Source: a virus. From it: a DNA stretch of 37,676 nt. The DNA lies in IMG/VR virus record IMGVR_UViG_3300038701_003025, positions 1 through 37,676 of that record. One strand, 5' to 3'. Positions 6,492 through 16,167 of the stretch are shown in pieces. A model generated the notes under the pieces. That model had not been told where the DNA came from. It did not search any database and worked only from the letters and a program-made list of their open reading frames with translations. How positions within the stretch are numbered: the first letter of the stretch is position 1; the number at the start of each line of letters is the position of its first letter. The translations under genes and the position numbers were made by a program.

Positions 6492-8594
6492 ATGTCAATA
6501 GACCTTTTCGATGATTTAGAATCGGCTCCAGTAAACGGCGAATCTCAAAAGCCCTTTTTTACTATGCTGGAAAAGAGCGAGGAAGATAAGCTAAAGTGGT
6601 TTAATGATGCTATAGAGTATCTTAGAAAGCAGGGGCAGCGTAGAACTTATGCCCAGAGGGCTAATATTGCTGCTTATAGAGGATTAAACTGGGGAGGGAT
6701 TTCAGACCGAAACTCTGTTACCAGAGATAGGCAGGGGCTTCCTCTAAACAAGACTGAGCGGTTTAAAGTTAACTTTTTATATAACTTAACAGAAACCCGT
6801 GTTTCCCAATTATCGGCTTTAAAACCGGCTATTCAAGTCTTGCCAAACTCAAATGAGCTTCAGGATAAGCATGCGGCTAAGTCAGTTAAAACGTTGGTAG
6901 ATCATCTTTTCTATGAAAACGATGTAGACTACCTGGCACAAAAAACGCACCGCCTTAAAAAAATTACCGGCGAAGCTTACGTTTTTGTTAACTGGGATAA
7001 GTCTAAGGGACCGATAGTAGATGAAGAAGTGGTAGGAACCCCTCTTTTGGATGAAAACGGTAACCCGGAATTAAATGAAGACGGCGAGCAAATAATTATT
7101 ACTAGACCGCCTAGGCTAGGAGACGTTTCTTTTGAGTTAGAATGTCCGTGGAGAGTTTTTCTTCAGCGCCGAAACAATTTTGAAGATTGCGAGTACGCTT
7201 TCAGAATTAAAATCATGCCCGTAGATGAAGCTAGGGCTAAGTATCCAGAAAAAGCAAAAGATATTAAGTCAGATAACGGCTCTTATATTTTTGACATGGA
7301 AGATTTAGGAAATAAGCGCTTAGAAGATGAAACGATTGTTTACGAGTTCTACCATAAAGATACGGAGCTAGTGCCCGGCGGATTTTTTGCCTGCTTTACT
7401 CAAAAGGCGCTTTTACATATGGGACCGCTCCCGTATTCTCATGGTGGCTTTCCTTTTGAGCGAATTACAGATATTGACTTGCCCGATACTCTAAATGGTA
7501 TTTCGACTTATGACATTGTAATGCCTATTCAAAATATGCACGATAATATTACTACTTTAATTAGTAAAAATATTTGGTTAACTGCCCATGCTAAATGGAT
7601 GATGCCTAGAGGCGCAGCTAAGATTGAGTCATTAGGTAACGATAACACTATTGTCCAATATCAGGGACCTGTACCTCCACAAATGGTTCAAGCAAGACCC
7701 AATAGTAATGAGGTATATCAGTACCGTAGTATTTTGCGGGAAGAACTTTCCGAAGTATTTGGAGTCCATTCAATTTCTACAGGTAATCCTCCTCAAGGAG
7801 TAACTGCAGCCGTCGCAATGCAATTTTTAAATGAGCAGGAAGCGCAGCGTTCTTCTACAGAAATAGCTAAGCACAATATGTTGGTTCAAAACATTGCTAG
7901 AAAAACTATAGCTATTGCAGGTGATAATTACGAGTATGAGGACCCGCGCTTGGTAAAAATTCTAGGTAAGGATAACAAATATAGTATTAAATATTTTGAT
8001 TCCGCTGACCTAAATAAAAGTTATGACGTTCGCGTAGATATTTCAACTTCTTTACCGGACTCAAAGGCAGGTAGAACTGAGCGAATTTTTCAAGCGATGC
8101 AATACAATAGGGAAATGCTCCCGCCTGAGCGTTGGGCAGAATTATTAGAATTGGGCGCGGTTGATAAAATGAACTCGCTTATAACAGAGTCAATAAAAAC
8201 TGCCGAATCTGAAAATGAGGACATGGCACAGGGGATTGATGTTGCGGACCCCGAATCCTGGGAAGAGCATATTCAACACTGGCATGCGCACGTTAAACGT
8301 ATGCAATCCCGCTCGTTTAAGGAAGAAATGGACCCCGCATTTAGAAAAGATTTCATAGAGCACGTTATGGCGCACGAATACCTTATGGTAGAGCAGGCTA
8401 AGGTTAACGCTAAATTTAGCGCCGAATTAGCTCAACTATCAGCATTTCCCCTATTCTATAAAGACCCCAGTTTCTCGGCTACAAGTGCTCAGCAAGCGGA
8501 GGCAGAAGTACAGGGCGCAGCTAATAGAGGAGAGCCTACTAATCAACAAATACCAGATATGAACACACCGCCAACAGGAGCCGGAAATGAATAA
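6492..8594 (+). CDS. portal protein (putative)
   Basis: 700 aa with an AAGGAT RBS. It lies between terminase and scaffold/capsid. The call is based on size and gene order only. Confidence 0.65.
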   Translation: MSIDLFDDLESAPVNGESQKPFFTMLEKSEEDKLKWFNDAIEYLRKQGQRRTYAQRANIAAYRGLNWGGISDRNSVTRDRQGLPLNKTERFKVNFLYNLTETRVSQLSALKPAIQVLPNSNELQDKHAAKSVKTLVDHLFYENDVDYLAQKTHRLKKITGEAYVFVNWDKSKGPIVDEEVVGTPLLDENGNPELNEDGEQIIITRPPRLGDVSFELECPWRVFLQRRNNFEDCEYAFRIKIMPVDEARAKYPEKAKDIKSDNGSYIFDMEDLGNKRLEDETIVYEFYHKDTELVPGGFFACFTQKALLHMGPLPYSHGGFPFERITDIDLPDTLNGISTYDIVMPIQNMHDNITTLISKNIWLTAHAKWMMPRGAAKIESLGNDNTIVQYQGPVPPQMVQARPNSNEVYQYRSILREELSEVFGVHSISTGNPPQGVTAAVAMQFLNEQEAQRSSTEIAKHNMLVQNIARKTIAIAGDNYEYEDPRLVKILGKDNKYSIKYFDSADLNKSYDVRVDISTSLPDSKAGRTERIFQAMQYNREMLPPERWAELLELGAVDKMNSLITESIKTAESENEDMAQGIDVADPESWEEHIQHWHAHVKRMQSRSFKEEMDPAFRKDFIEHVMAHEYLMVEQAKVNAKFSAELAQLSAFPLFYKDPSFSATSAQQAEAEVQGAANRGEPTNQQIPDMNTPPTGAGNE

Positions 8595-8793
8595 TCATTT
8601 AGAAAGATTAAATGCCGTTATAAAATTACAACTTGGCAGCGAGCACACTATTACTGAAGAAACAGCTAAAATTCTTGCCCAGGAAGTAATTAATGACCGC
8701 TACCGAAAGATTTTTAAAGACAATATGCGATTTTTAGACGCAATAGAACTATTATCAGATTTAAAACCAACTTCAAAACGAGGTAAAAAATGA
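8587..8793 (+). CDS. hypothetical protein (68 aa)
   Basis: Translationally coupled at both ends, within the head module. Confidence 0.5.
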   Translation: MNNHLERLNAVIKLQLGSEHTITEETAKILAQEVINDRYRKIFKDNMRFLDAIELLSDLKPTSKRGKK

Positions 8794-9974
8794 GTAAGGA
8801 CATCTTTGAGACTTTAGCACAGGATTCGCTAGAAACTACGGACGGCGAAATTATTTCTGGAAACCAGACTGAATATAACTTTGACGAGGTAGAAAAACTT
8901 ACGGACGATACCGACGAGGTCAAAGAGCTTGAAAAACAGTCTAAAAAAGAAGAGCCAAAAACTGCCAATGATTCCCAAAAAACTTTAGACGATGCCGTAA
9001 AGCAAAAAACCGCTGAAAAAAAGATGGAAAAAGACGACGAGGGCATTGAGGAAAAGGTAGAAAATAAGGAGCGGGAAGAAACCGAGCAAAAATCCGAAGT
9101 AAAAAAGATTACTGCTAAAAATGGTGAGGATAACCTAGAGATACCTGCCAATATTACTATACCCCATAAGGTAGATGGCGAAGAGGTAGAAATACCTTTA
9201 CAAGAGCTACTTAACAACTATTCTGGCAAGCAGGCATGGGATAAGCGTTTTTCCGAACTGGACGTAGAAAGAAAAGAATATCAAAAAGAGCGAGATATAG
9301 TAGAACGCTATGTTGAAGATTTTGCCAAGCTGGCACAGGGCGAAGATAAGCTAGCCGCAATGGAATATTTAGCCCAATTTGCTGGAGTTAACCCGGTAGA
9401 ATTTCGCCAACAATTGCGTCAACAGGTGCTAGATAAGTACGGAAACTACCAAGAAATGACCGAATTTGAACGGAAAGCCCTTGACCAGGAAGAAGAACTA
9501 TCTTACCATAAGCGGCTCAGAGAGTCTGAACTTCAACGAACCGAAGAGCAGAAAGTCCAAACGGAACTGCAAACTCGCTTAAGTGAAATCCAGGAAACTC
9601 ATAATATTTCCGAGGACGATTTAACCGCCGCTTACCAGGAATTGGTAAAAGACTATGAAGGCGAAATTACTATAGATACTCTCGAAAAGTATGTTGTTAA
9701 CAAGCAAGCTTGGTTTAACGCAAAAGAGGCTGTCTCAGAAGTTTCTCCCGATTTAGCGCAGCAAGAAGGTTTCGTAGAAGATATAGCCGATTTGATTCTG
9801 TCAAACCCCGAACTGGACGCAGAAGATATTCAGGAAATTATATCAGAAGTTTCAGGCACCGCTAAAAAACGTCAAAAGCAACAAAAAGCATCCGACCTAG
9901 TTCGCGAAAACCAAATCCCCTCAAAAAAAGAACAGTTAACCCAAGAAGAATATTTTAGTTTCGACGATTTATAG
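8790..9974 (+). CDS. scaffolding protein (putative)
   Basis: 394 aa, very rich in E/D/K/Q and coiled-coil-like. It sits between the portal and capsid genes. Confidence 0.6.
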   Translation: MSKDIFETLAQDSLETTDGEIISGNQTEYNFDEVEKLTDDTDEVKELEKQSKKEEPKTANDSQKTLDDAVKQKTAEKKMEKDDEGIEEKVENKEREETEQKSEVKKITAKNGEDNLEIPANITIPHKVDGEEVEIPLQELLNNYSGKQAWDKRFSELDVERKEYQKERDIVERYVEDFAKLAQGEDKLAAMEYLAQFAGVNPVEFRQQLRQQVLDKYGNYQEMTEFERKALDQEEELSYHKRLRESELQRTEEQKVQTELQTRLSEIQETHNISEDDLTAAYQELVKDYEGEITIDTLEKYVVNKQAWFNAKEAVSEVSPDLAQQEGFVEDIADLILSNPELDAEDIQEIISEVSGTAKKRQKQQKASDLVRENQIPSKKEQLTQEEYFSFDDL

Positions 9975-9986
9975 GAGATTTAAAAA

Positions 9987-11189
9987 ATGGCAGCGAATAG
10001 AACTTTTAGCCTTTCAGAAGCAAATGCTCTCTTTAAGATTAAATACGACAAATTATCAGAAAATGTTTACAACAGTGCAAACGTCCTTTTAGGGCGGGTT
10101 AAAAAGTCTTACGATTTCGTAGGTAAGCAAATGCAAGTATCAATCCCTCAGTCCTTTGCTGGTGGTGTTGGTTCTGGCTCACTTCCTACGGCAAACACGG
10201 CGCTTTACGATGAGGCAGTAATCTCTGCTAAAAAAGTTTACGCTGTAGTTGAGATTGATCGAGAGACAATTAAAGCGGCTCTAAAAGACGAAGGCTCTTA
10301 TGTCCGAGCTACTAAAGAAGTAGTTAAAAAGGGTGTTGAGTCTTACATGAGAAACATGAGCCGAATCCTTTTCAATGACGGAACAGGCGCATTAGGAACT
10401 CTTAACGCAAACGCGACTGGAACTGCAGCCGCTCCTGTATGTGTTATTAGTGACGCTACTTGGAAAGAGGCTAACTTTGAAGAAAGAGACCTTTTAAATG
10501 TTGATTCAGGTACGGACCTTTTTGAAATTACTTCAGTAGACCCAGATAACCAAACTGTTACTTTAAGCCGACTTGCTGGTTCTGTTGACCTTACTTCTAC
10601 TGGTTCTGGCTCAGTCCTTTACATGCAAGGTTCTAAGGACAATGACCCTGAAGGTCTTAAAGGTATTTTGGATGCTACCTCTGGCTCTAAATATACTATT
10701 CCTGTAGGACGTAGATGGCAATCTTACCAATTAGATGCTTCTTCAGCGGCAATCAGCGCTGACCTAATGAATAAGGTTATGCTTAATGTTGAAAAGCGAT
10801 GTGGAAAAGCGCCTAACCTTATCGTTTGTTCTTACAAGCAATATGAAAAACTTCTTAATACTTTAGAAGATCATAAGCGATATAGCTTAAGCCCAAGGGA
10901 AGCTTCTCTTAAAGGAAAGATTTCTTTTAACGGTATTGAGTTTATGTCTACTTCTGGACCTATCGGAGTTTTCCCTGAAAGATTTTGTGAAGACGATAGA
11001 ATGTATTTCTTGAATGATAACCACATTCATATTCACCACAGACCAGACTTTGGTTGGTTTGATGATGACGGAACCGTTTTCTTGCGTAAAGCTAGTGCTG
11101 ACCAGTACGAAGCTCGTTACGGAGGATACTTCCAGATTTACATTAACCCATGTTTCCATGGCGTTCTTGACGGACTTTCTACAACTTAA
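9987..11189 (+). CDS. major capsid protein (putative)
   Basis: 400 aa with a strong AGGAGA RBS. It follows the scaffold gene and is followed by a GC hairpin. The call is based on position. Confidence 0.6.
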   Translation: MAANRTFSLSEANALFKIKYDKLSENVYNSANVLLGRVKKSYDFVGKQMQVSIPQSFAGGVGSGSLPTANTALYDEAVISAKKVYAVVEIDRETIKAALKDEGSYVRATKEVVKKGVESYMRNMSRILFNDGTGALGTLNANATGTAAAPVCVISDATWKEANFEERDLLNVDSGTDLFEITSVDPDNQTVTLSRLAGSVDLTSTGSGSVLYMQGSKDNDPEGLKGILDATSGSKYTIPVGRRWQSYQLDASSAAISADLMNKVMLNVEKRCGKAPNLIVCSYKQYEKLLNTLEDHKRYSLSPREASLKGKISFNGIEFMSTSGPIGVFPERFCEDDRMYFLNDNHIHIHHRPDFGWFDDDGTVFLRKASADQYEARYGGYFQIYINPCFHGVLDGLSTT

Positions 11190-11207
11190 TAATTACTAAC
11201 CGGTTTG

Positions 11208-11226
11208 GCGGGCACCTTAAGCCCGC
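11208..11226 (+). other. GC-rich hairpin after the capsid gene (no U-tract)
   Basis: GCGGGC, loop accttaa, GCCCGC. It is followed by tccctccc rather than a T-run. Confidence 0.5.
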
Positions 11227-11253
11227 TCCCTCCCAAGGGTGATAGGAGATATC

Positions 11254-11586
11254 ATGAGAAGATCAATCGAATCTGCACAAAGAAAAGTTAGACAAATTGC
11301 AATTACAATTTCAGCCGATGGAACTACGGTTACCGGCTTAGATGCTTTACAAGTTTCTGTTACTGATACTGGAACAGGTGATAAACTTATTACATTTAAT
11401 GAGGCTTTCGCAGCCGCCCCACACGTTATGGTTACCGTAGGTACGGATGAATCTATAGCGCGAATCGGAACTGTAAGTGCTTCTTCAGCACAAATTCTTA
11501 CTGATGATGCTACTGACGGGACGACCGCTAAAGATGCAATTACTCACGTTCTTATTATTGGCTCAGACATTACTGACCGATACTAA
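11254..11586 (+). CDS. minor head or decoration protein candidate (110 aa)
   Basis: Track ORF (GTG at 11239) trimmed to the ATG at 11254, with GGAG upstream. T/A/V-rich. It lies between the capsid gene and a strong terminator. Confidence 0.45.
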   Translation: MRRSIESAQRKVRQIAITISADGTTVTGLDALQVSVTDTGTGDKLITFNEAFAAAPHVMVTVGTDESIARIGTVSASSAQILTDDATDGTTAKDAITHVLIIGSDITDRY

Positions 11587-11593
11587 AATTAGC

Positions 11594-11616
11594 GCCAGGA
11601 GTTTTCCTGGCTTTTT
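11594..11616 (+). terminator. rho-independent terminator
   Basis: GCCAGGA, loop gttt, TCCTGGC, followed by TTTTT. Confidence 0.8.
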
Positions 11617-11634
11617 ACTTTAACGGGAAAAATT

Positions 11635-12429
11635 ATGTCAGACGACGCAAATATATTTAAACATTATTTTGGTTTTTCAAGCACGCCTACCACAGATATA
11701 AACGCGCCTGTAAAATCCATTATTATAACAGGCACTAATACGGACGTTGATACTGGGGCTGCAGAAGATATTATAAAACAGGGGGGAACATATACTCCAT
11801 ACACTGCAGCGGACCAACTATCTGTAGTAAGTTCTAGTGCGAACGACACTATTGCAGGTACGGGCGCACGGGTACTGTTAATAGAAGGCTTGGACGAAAA
11901 CTACGACCAGATTTTAGAAACGGTTAATTTAAACGGAACTAGCGCCGTAACTACTACAAATTCTTACTTGCGAGTAAATTATGCGCGAGTAGTGCTTTCA
12001 GGAAGCGGTCAAACAAACGCCGGAAATATAACGATAACTGACGCTACTGCCACGACTGACGTTATTTCTTATTTAGCCGCTGGAGACTCTTTTTCTAAGC
12101 AGCTTTTTTATACGACGCCTAGAAACTTTGAACTTTTTCTTACAAACACCTCTTTTTCAGTCACAAGAAACGCATCAAATATTATCGCTACTATATCTAG
12201 TAGGGTATTTGTACCTTCTACTAATACTATAGTTAAAGGGGTAGAATTTGACGTATCAAACGTAGGTAGAGATAGAAACGCAGTAGATGGTTCTTTTGCC
12301 CGGATTCCTGAAAAATCCGACCTCTGGTATAGGGTAGATACTGTTTCAGCAAGTAACGCAGTAGTTACTGGGGCGGTCAGAGGATTTTTAGCTCATAACT
12401 CATGGGTATGGAAAAAAACAATTATTTAA
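11635..12429 (+). CDS. structural protein, function unknown (264 aa)
   Basis: S/T/N-rich and located in the structural arm. No motif recognised. Confidence 0.5.
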   Translation: MSDDANIFKHYFGFSSTPTTDINAPVKSIIITGTNTDVDTGAAEDIIKQGGTYTPYTAADQLSVVSSSANDTIAGTGARVLLIEGLDENYDQILETVNLNGTSAVTTTNSYLRVNYARVVLSGSGQTNAGNITITDATATTDVISYLAAGDSFSKQLFYTTPRNFELFLTNTSFSVTRNASNIIATISSRVFVPSTNTIVKGVEFDVSNVGRDRNAVDGSFARIPEKSDLWYRVDTVSASNAVVTGAVRGFLAHNSWVWKKTII

Positions 12430-12447
12430 GCAGCCAAAGGAGCATGC

Positions 12448-13614
12448 ATGTCGATTCAAAAAGGATTCCCCAGTAAAGAGCGCGAAGTTAGCCGCGACCT
12501 ACCATACAAATCAGACCATATAACGGCTCAGCCGGTAAGAGAAAAGCAGATAGCTAATGACGTTATCTCACACCAATTCGTATATGCGGCTGGCACAGAT
12601 ACGTGTGAAGCCGATTGTACTACAACCGTTTTAAATTTAACTGCCCATTCTATCCTGGTAGGTGACATCGTTAGATTTACTTCTGGTAATTTAAGCGGTC
12701 AGGAAGTTAAGGTAATTGGTACTACTACAAATACGGTAGAACTAGGCGAAATCCTAAGCGAAGCCCCAAGTACAGACGATATTCAAATATTAAGACATAA
12801 ATACCCGCTTGTAACATCTTCTGGAGCGCTTTCAATTTCTACTACTTCTGCAACGGAAGATTCTCCAGCCAGTAGTGGAGACGACGTTACGGCAATTGCT
12901 TCAGTTAGACAAGATTCTTTAAGCGGCGATACTAGTACCGATGGCGATTACGCCTTTGTTAAATCAAATTCTAAAGGCGAAGTCTATATACATGATGTTG
13001 ATGCAAATGCAGCGCTAAGTGCGATTCAAACCGCTGTTGAAATTTTAGACAATATTGTATCAGGTAACGAAGCCCAAGTAGACGTTGTAAGTTCAACACT
13101 TCCTACTGGGGCAGCTACGGCAGCTAACCAATCTACGGCAAACTCATCTCTATCTACAATTGAGGGTGACACAACTTCTTTAGATAGTAAAGTAACCGCG
13201 TGTGATACCGACGACGTAACGATTTCTGCAAGCGCCTTACCTACGGGAGCAGCTACCGACGCAACGCTTTCTTCAATTATTACGGAAGTAAGTAAATTAG
13301 ATATTGTAGATCAAATTGATACTACGCCTCTATTAGACACTAGCTCTACTAATATTACAGCAAGTTCTGGAAACCCTGTAGAAATTGTATCTAGTTTAGC
13401 AGCCGATGTTAAAAAAATAACAATCGTAGAAGACATTGGCTCTTTTATAGGAATTTACACGGGCGCAGCCTTATCTGAAACTTTAAAAGCAGTACTTCCA
13501 CTTGGCGGGGGAGAATTAGATCTTCAAATCGCTAGTGGAACTCGCATTTCGCTAAGGGCAATGGAAAATACTGCCATTTCTTCTGGTAAAATAGCGATTA
13601 ACTTTCAAGGATAA
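12448..13614 (+). CDS. fibre or appendage-like structural protein (388 aa)
   Basis: AAGGAG RBS. S/T/A-rich, with two LPTGAAT repeats. Confidence 0.5.
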   Translation: MSIQKGFPSKEREVSRDLPYKSDHITAQPVREKQIANDVISHQFVYAAGTDTCEADCTTTVLNLTAHSILVGDIVRFTSGNLSGQEVKVIGTTTNTVELGEILSEAPSTDDIQILRHKYPLVTSSGALSISTTSATEDSPASSGDDVTAIASVRQDSLSGDTSTDGDYAFVKSNSKGEVYIHDVDANAALSAIQTAVEILDNIVSGNEAQVDVVSSTLPTGAATAANQSTANSSLSTIEGDTTSLDSKVTACDTDDVTISASALPTGAATDATLSSIITEVSKLDIVDQIDTTPLLDTSSTNITASSGNPVEIVSSLAADVKKITIVEDIGSFIGIYTGAALSETLKAVLPLGGGELDLQIASGTRISLRAMENTAISSGKIAINFQG

Positions 13615-13616
13615 TT

Positions 13617-14018
13617 ATGCCGGCAACAATATTTAACGGCGATGCCGTAAAACCATTAAAGAATAAAATCCGCTTTAAAGATGAGGCTTCCGAAATTCAT
13701 AGCGGCAGTTTTGATGCGGCTAATAACCAATCTTCATCGACAAATGTTACCGGACTATCTTTAGCTAACGCTGATTTTAGATCGGCAAAGATTTTAATAT
13801 CAGTATATATTGATGCTACTGCCGACTTACATGAAGTCTTTACCCTGGACCTAATTCAAACAGCTTCGGGCTGGGATTACAGTCAAAGTAGTTTAGGCGA
13901 CGAGTCTAACGTAGATTTTAGCGTAAATTCTAGCGGACAAGTACAATATACAAGTGGAAACGAATCTGGCTATAGTAGCTCCGTTTTTAAATGGAACTTA
14001 CAAGCCACTGCTATATAG
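13617..14018 (+). CDS. structural protein, paralogous to the C-terminal half of ORF 14964..15593 (133 aa)
   Basis: SGWDYSQSSLGDESNVDFSVNSSGQVQYTS aligns with SSWDWVQSSLGDVSGFEFSITSGGQFQYTS in the larger ORF. Confidence 0.55.
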   Translation: MPATIFNGDAVKPLKNKIRFKDEASEIHSGSFDAANNQSSSTNVTGLSLANADFRSAKILISVYIDATADLHEVFTLDLIQTASGWDYSQSSLGDESNVDFSVNSSGQVQYTSGNESGYSSSVFKWNLQATAI

Positions 14019-14026
14019 GAGAAATT

Positions 14027-14959
14027 ATGGCACTTAAACCAAGAAAAGAAAAGGGCGGTCTTCAGTTAGAAAATAATTCTACTTTAGACCTTTTTGAATC
14101 AAGCGCTTCAGGAACTAGTAAAATTACGCTTAAAGGTCCGGCAAGTTTAGCAAGTGATACTGATTATATTTTACCAGAAGATGGTTCTAACGGAGAATTT
14201 CTTAGTACGGACGGCTCTGGAAACCTTTCCTGGGCGGCTCCCTCAAACCTGGAAACGATAACCACACAGTCGGCTAATTATACAGCCCTTACTTCTGACC
14301 AAATTATTGCAATGGACGCTACATCAAGCGCCCTTACGTTAACCCTCTATGCCGCGTCGGGTAACTCGGGCAGAATACTTAAGGTTAAACACATAGGTAC
14401 AGCTTATAACGCGGTTACAATTGACGCAAACGCCTCGGAAGAAATTGATGGTGAGACTACCCAACTCCTCCTGGCTCCAAACGATGAAATGACTATTATA
14501 TGCGACGGCACTGGCTGGCTCATTTTAAATGAAAAGTTAGAACCAATTAAAGCCCGCGCATTTAGATCAGGTTCGGGACAAACTATTGCAAATGGTACAG
14601 AAACGCGGATTGATTTTAACGGCGAAACTTATGACGACTTTTCTGTATGGGACGCAGCTACTAATTACAGATTTCAACCTACAAGAGCCGGTAAATTTTT
14701 AGTTCAAACCAGCGTTGCTTATCCTAGTCCTAATGATGGGACCAGACTTACTACAGTAATTAGGAAAAATGGGACTATTGTAAATAGGGTAAATACGGTA
14801 TCCGCAGGAGCTATTGACACAGGCACTATTTGCTTTGGACTTATTGAACTCTCTACTTCAGATTATATAGACGTAGCCGTTTCGCAAAACTCTGGAGGAA
14901 GCGAAGATATTTCAGACGGCACTAACGATACTTTTATTGAAGTTACAGAAATAAGGTAA
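14027..14959 (+). CDS. tail fibre / receptor-binding protein candidate with C1q/TNF-like C-terminal domain (310 aa)
   Basis: Track ORF trimmed to the ATG at 14027, with GGAG upstream. The N-terminal motif DYILPEDGSNGEFLSTDGSGNLSWA is common in podovirus fibres. The C-terminus has a jelly-roll-like pattern. Confidence 0.55.
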   Translation: MALKPRKEKGGLQLENNSTLDLFESSASGTSKITLKGPASLASDTDYILPEDGSNGEFLSTDGSGNLSWAAPSNLETITTQSANYTALTSDQIIAMDATSSALTLTLYAASGNSGRILKVKHIGTAYNAVTIDANASEEIDGETTQLLLAPNDEMTIICDGTGWLILNEKLEPIKARAFRSGSGQTIANGTETRIDFNGETYDDFSVWDAATNYRFQPTRAGKFLVQTSVAYPSPNDGTRLTTVIRKNGTIVNRVNTVSAGAIDTGTICFGLIELSTSDYIDVAVSQNSGGSEDISDGTNDTFIEVTEIR

Positions 14960-14963
14960 TAAA

Positions 14964-15593
14964 ATGGCGATAACTTTAAGCAGCGGTTTAACAATAACTA
15001 TTCCCAGCAAAGGCGATACTAACTGGGAAAATAGTATCCGTACCCAATGTTTTCAAAAAATAAGTGAGCATGATCACACTGGCGGCGGTAAGGGTTTGCA
15101 AATCGGCACTAACGCTTTTGCCAATGACTCTATTAATGACGCTAAAATTCGGCTAAGAAATAATAACTTTATAAGGTCCAGAAATGCGGCAAATAGTGCT
15201 GATATTAACATTTTAAAAGTAAATGCAAACGACCTTATTGAGTTTGACGATGTAGAGATAATTTTATCAAACCTTAAAGCCAACAAAAGCTTTACTTTTA
15301 CAAATAATACTTCTTCAGCTACCAATATCACTTCCCTTTCCCTGGATTCTAGCTCTGAAAGATCAGCCGTGTTACACTACGAAATATTTAGGGATGGTAC
15401 GGCAGATTTATACGAGGCAGGAACTATTCAGGCTAATTATAATGGAAGCTCCTGGGACTGGGTACAAAGTAGTTTAGGAGACGTGTCCGGGTTTGAATTT
15501 AGTATTACTTCAGGCGGACAATTCCAGTACACTAGTACGGATAACAGTGGCTCAAGTGCTGAAACTTTAAAATATCAATTAATAAAGGTGTAA
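14964..15593 (+). CDS. fibre-associated structural protein (209 aa)
   Basis: N-terminal motifs KGDTNWENSI and HDHTGGGKG. The C-terminal half is homologous to ORF 13617..14018. Confidence 0.5.
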   Translation: MAITLSSGLTITIPSKGDTNWENSIRTQCFQKISEHDHTGGGKGLQIGTNAFANDSINDAKIRLRNNNFIRSRNAANSADINILKVNANDLIEFDDVEIILSNLKANKSFTFTNNTSSATNITSLSLDSSSERSAVLHYEIFRDGTADLYEAGTIQANYNGSSWDWVQSSLGDVSGFEFSITSGGQFQYTSTDNSGSSAETLKYQLIKV

Positions 15594-15595
15594 GA

Positions 15596-16021
15596 ATGGC
15601 TCAAAATTACATGGATTTAAGACAGGCTTTAGCAGAAAATTTAAGAAAGAAAAAAGGGCAAGAAGGAGCCCCGCCTCCACAGCCTACGCTGGATTTAAGC
15701 GACGGTCAAAAAATGGCAGCCGCTAACCAAGGGTTACAATTGCTTTCCCAAGCGCAAGGAGGAGAAGGAGCAAGCCCTATGTCAGGTGCCGCCTCCGGTG
15801 CAGCTACGGGATTTAGTTTAGGTGGACCTAAGGGCGCTTTAATCGGCGCTGGAGCAGGTGCTTTAGCAGGCGTTATGGGCGCAAGGGCAAATAGAAAAGC
15901 GCGGGAGCGCGAAGCAAAAGCCCAAATGTTAAGAAATATTGGAACAATTGAACAAAATAAAGGCATTAGCCAGTCTCAAGTTTTAGGACAATTAATGGCA
16001 GGATTAGGGAGTAGAAGATGA
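15596..16021 (+). CDS. Gly/Ala-rich glycine-zipper protein (141 aa)
   Basis: Segment GAASGAATGFSLGGPKGALIGAGAGALAGVMGA, with an AAGGTG RBS. Confidence 0.5.
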   Translation: MAQNYMDLRQALAENLRKKKGQEGAPPPQPTLDLSDGQKMAAANQGLQLLSQAQGGEGASPMSGAASGAATGFSLGGPKGALIGAGAGALAGVMGARANRKAREREAKAQMLRNIGTIEQNKGISQSQVLGQLMAGLGSRR

Positions 16022-16167
16022 TGGATAAAAAGAAAATGAAGAAAATGGGACTTATTAAAGCGCTTAAGAAGAAATACGGAGCTAGCAAAGAAGGCACAAT
16101 TCCCGATATTCTTAAGAAAAAGGGCTCCAAAGGATTAAGCAAGCGTAAAATGAAAAAGAGTTATTAA
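16021..16167 (+). CDS. Lys-rich micro-protein (48 aa, 18 Lys), below track threshold
   Basis: ATG overlaps the upstream TGA, and its stop overlaps the next ATG (TAATG). Manual translation MDKKKMKKMGLIKALKKKYGASKEGTIPDILKKKGSKGLSKRKMKKSY. Confidence 0.45.
   Translation: MDKKKMKKMGLIKALKKKYGASKEGTIPDILKKKGSKGLSKRKMKKSY

Noticed and set aside
8714-9217. 167-aa minus-strand ORF, Ser-rich.
   Set aside because: It is antisense to the GAA/AAA-rich scaffold gene, which is a typical shadow ORF. The product is low-complexity and there is no RBS.
15706-15966. 86-aa minus-strand ORF.
   Set aside because: It is a shadow of the GC-rich Gly/Ala-zipper coding segment and lies in the wrong orientation for the operon.
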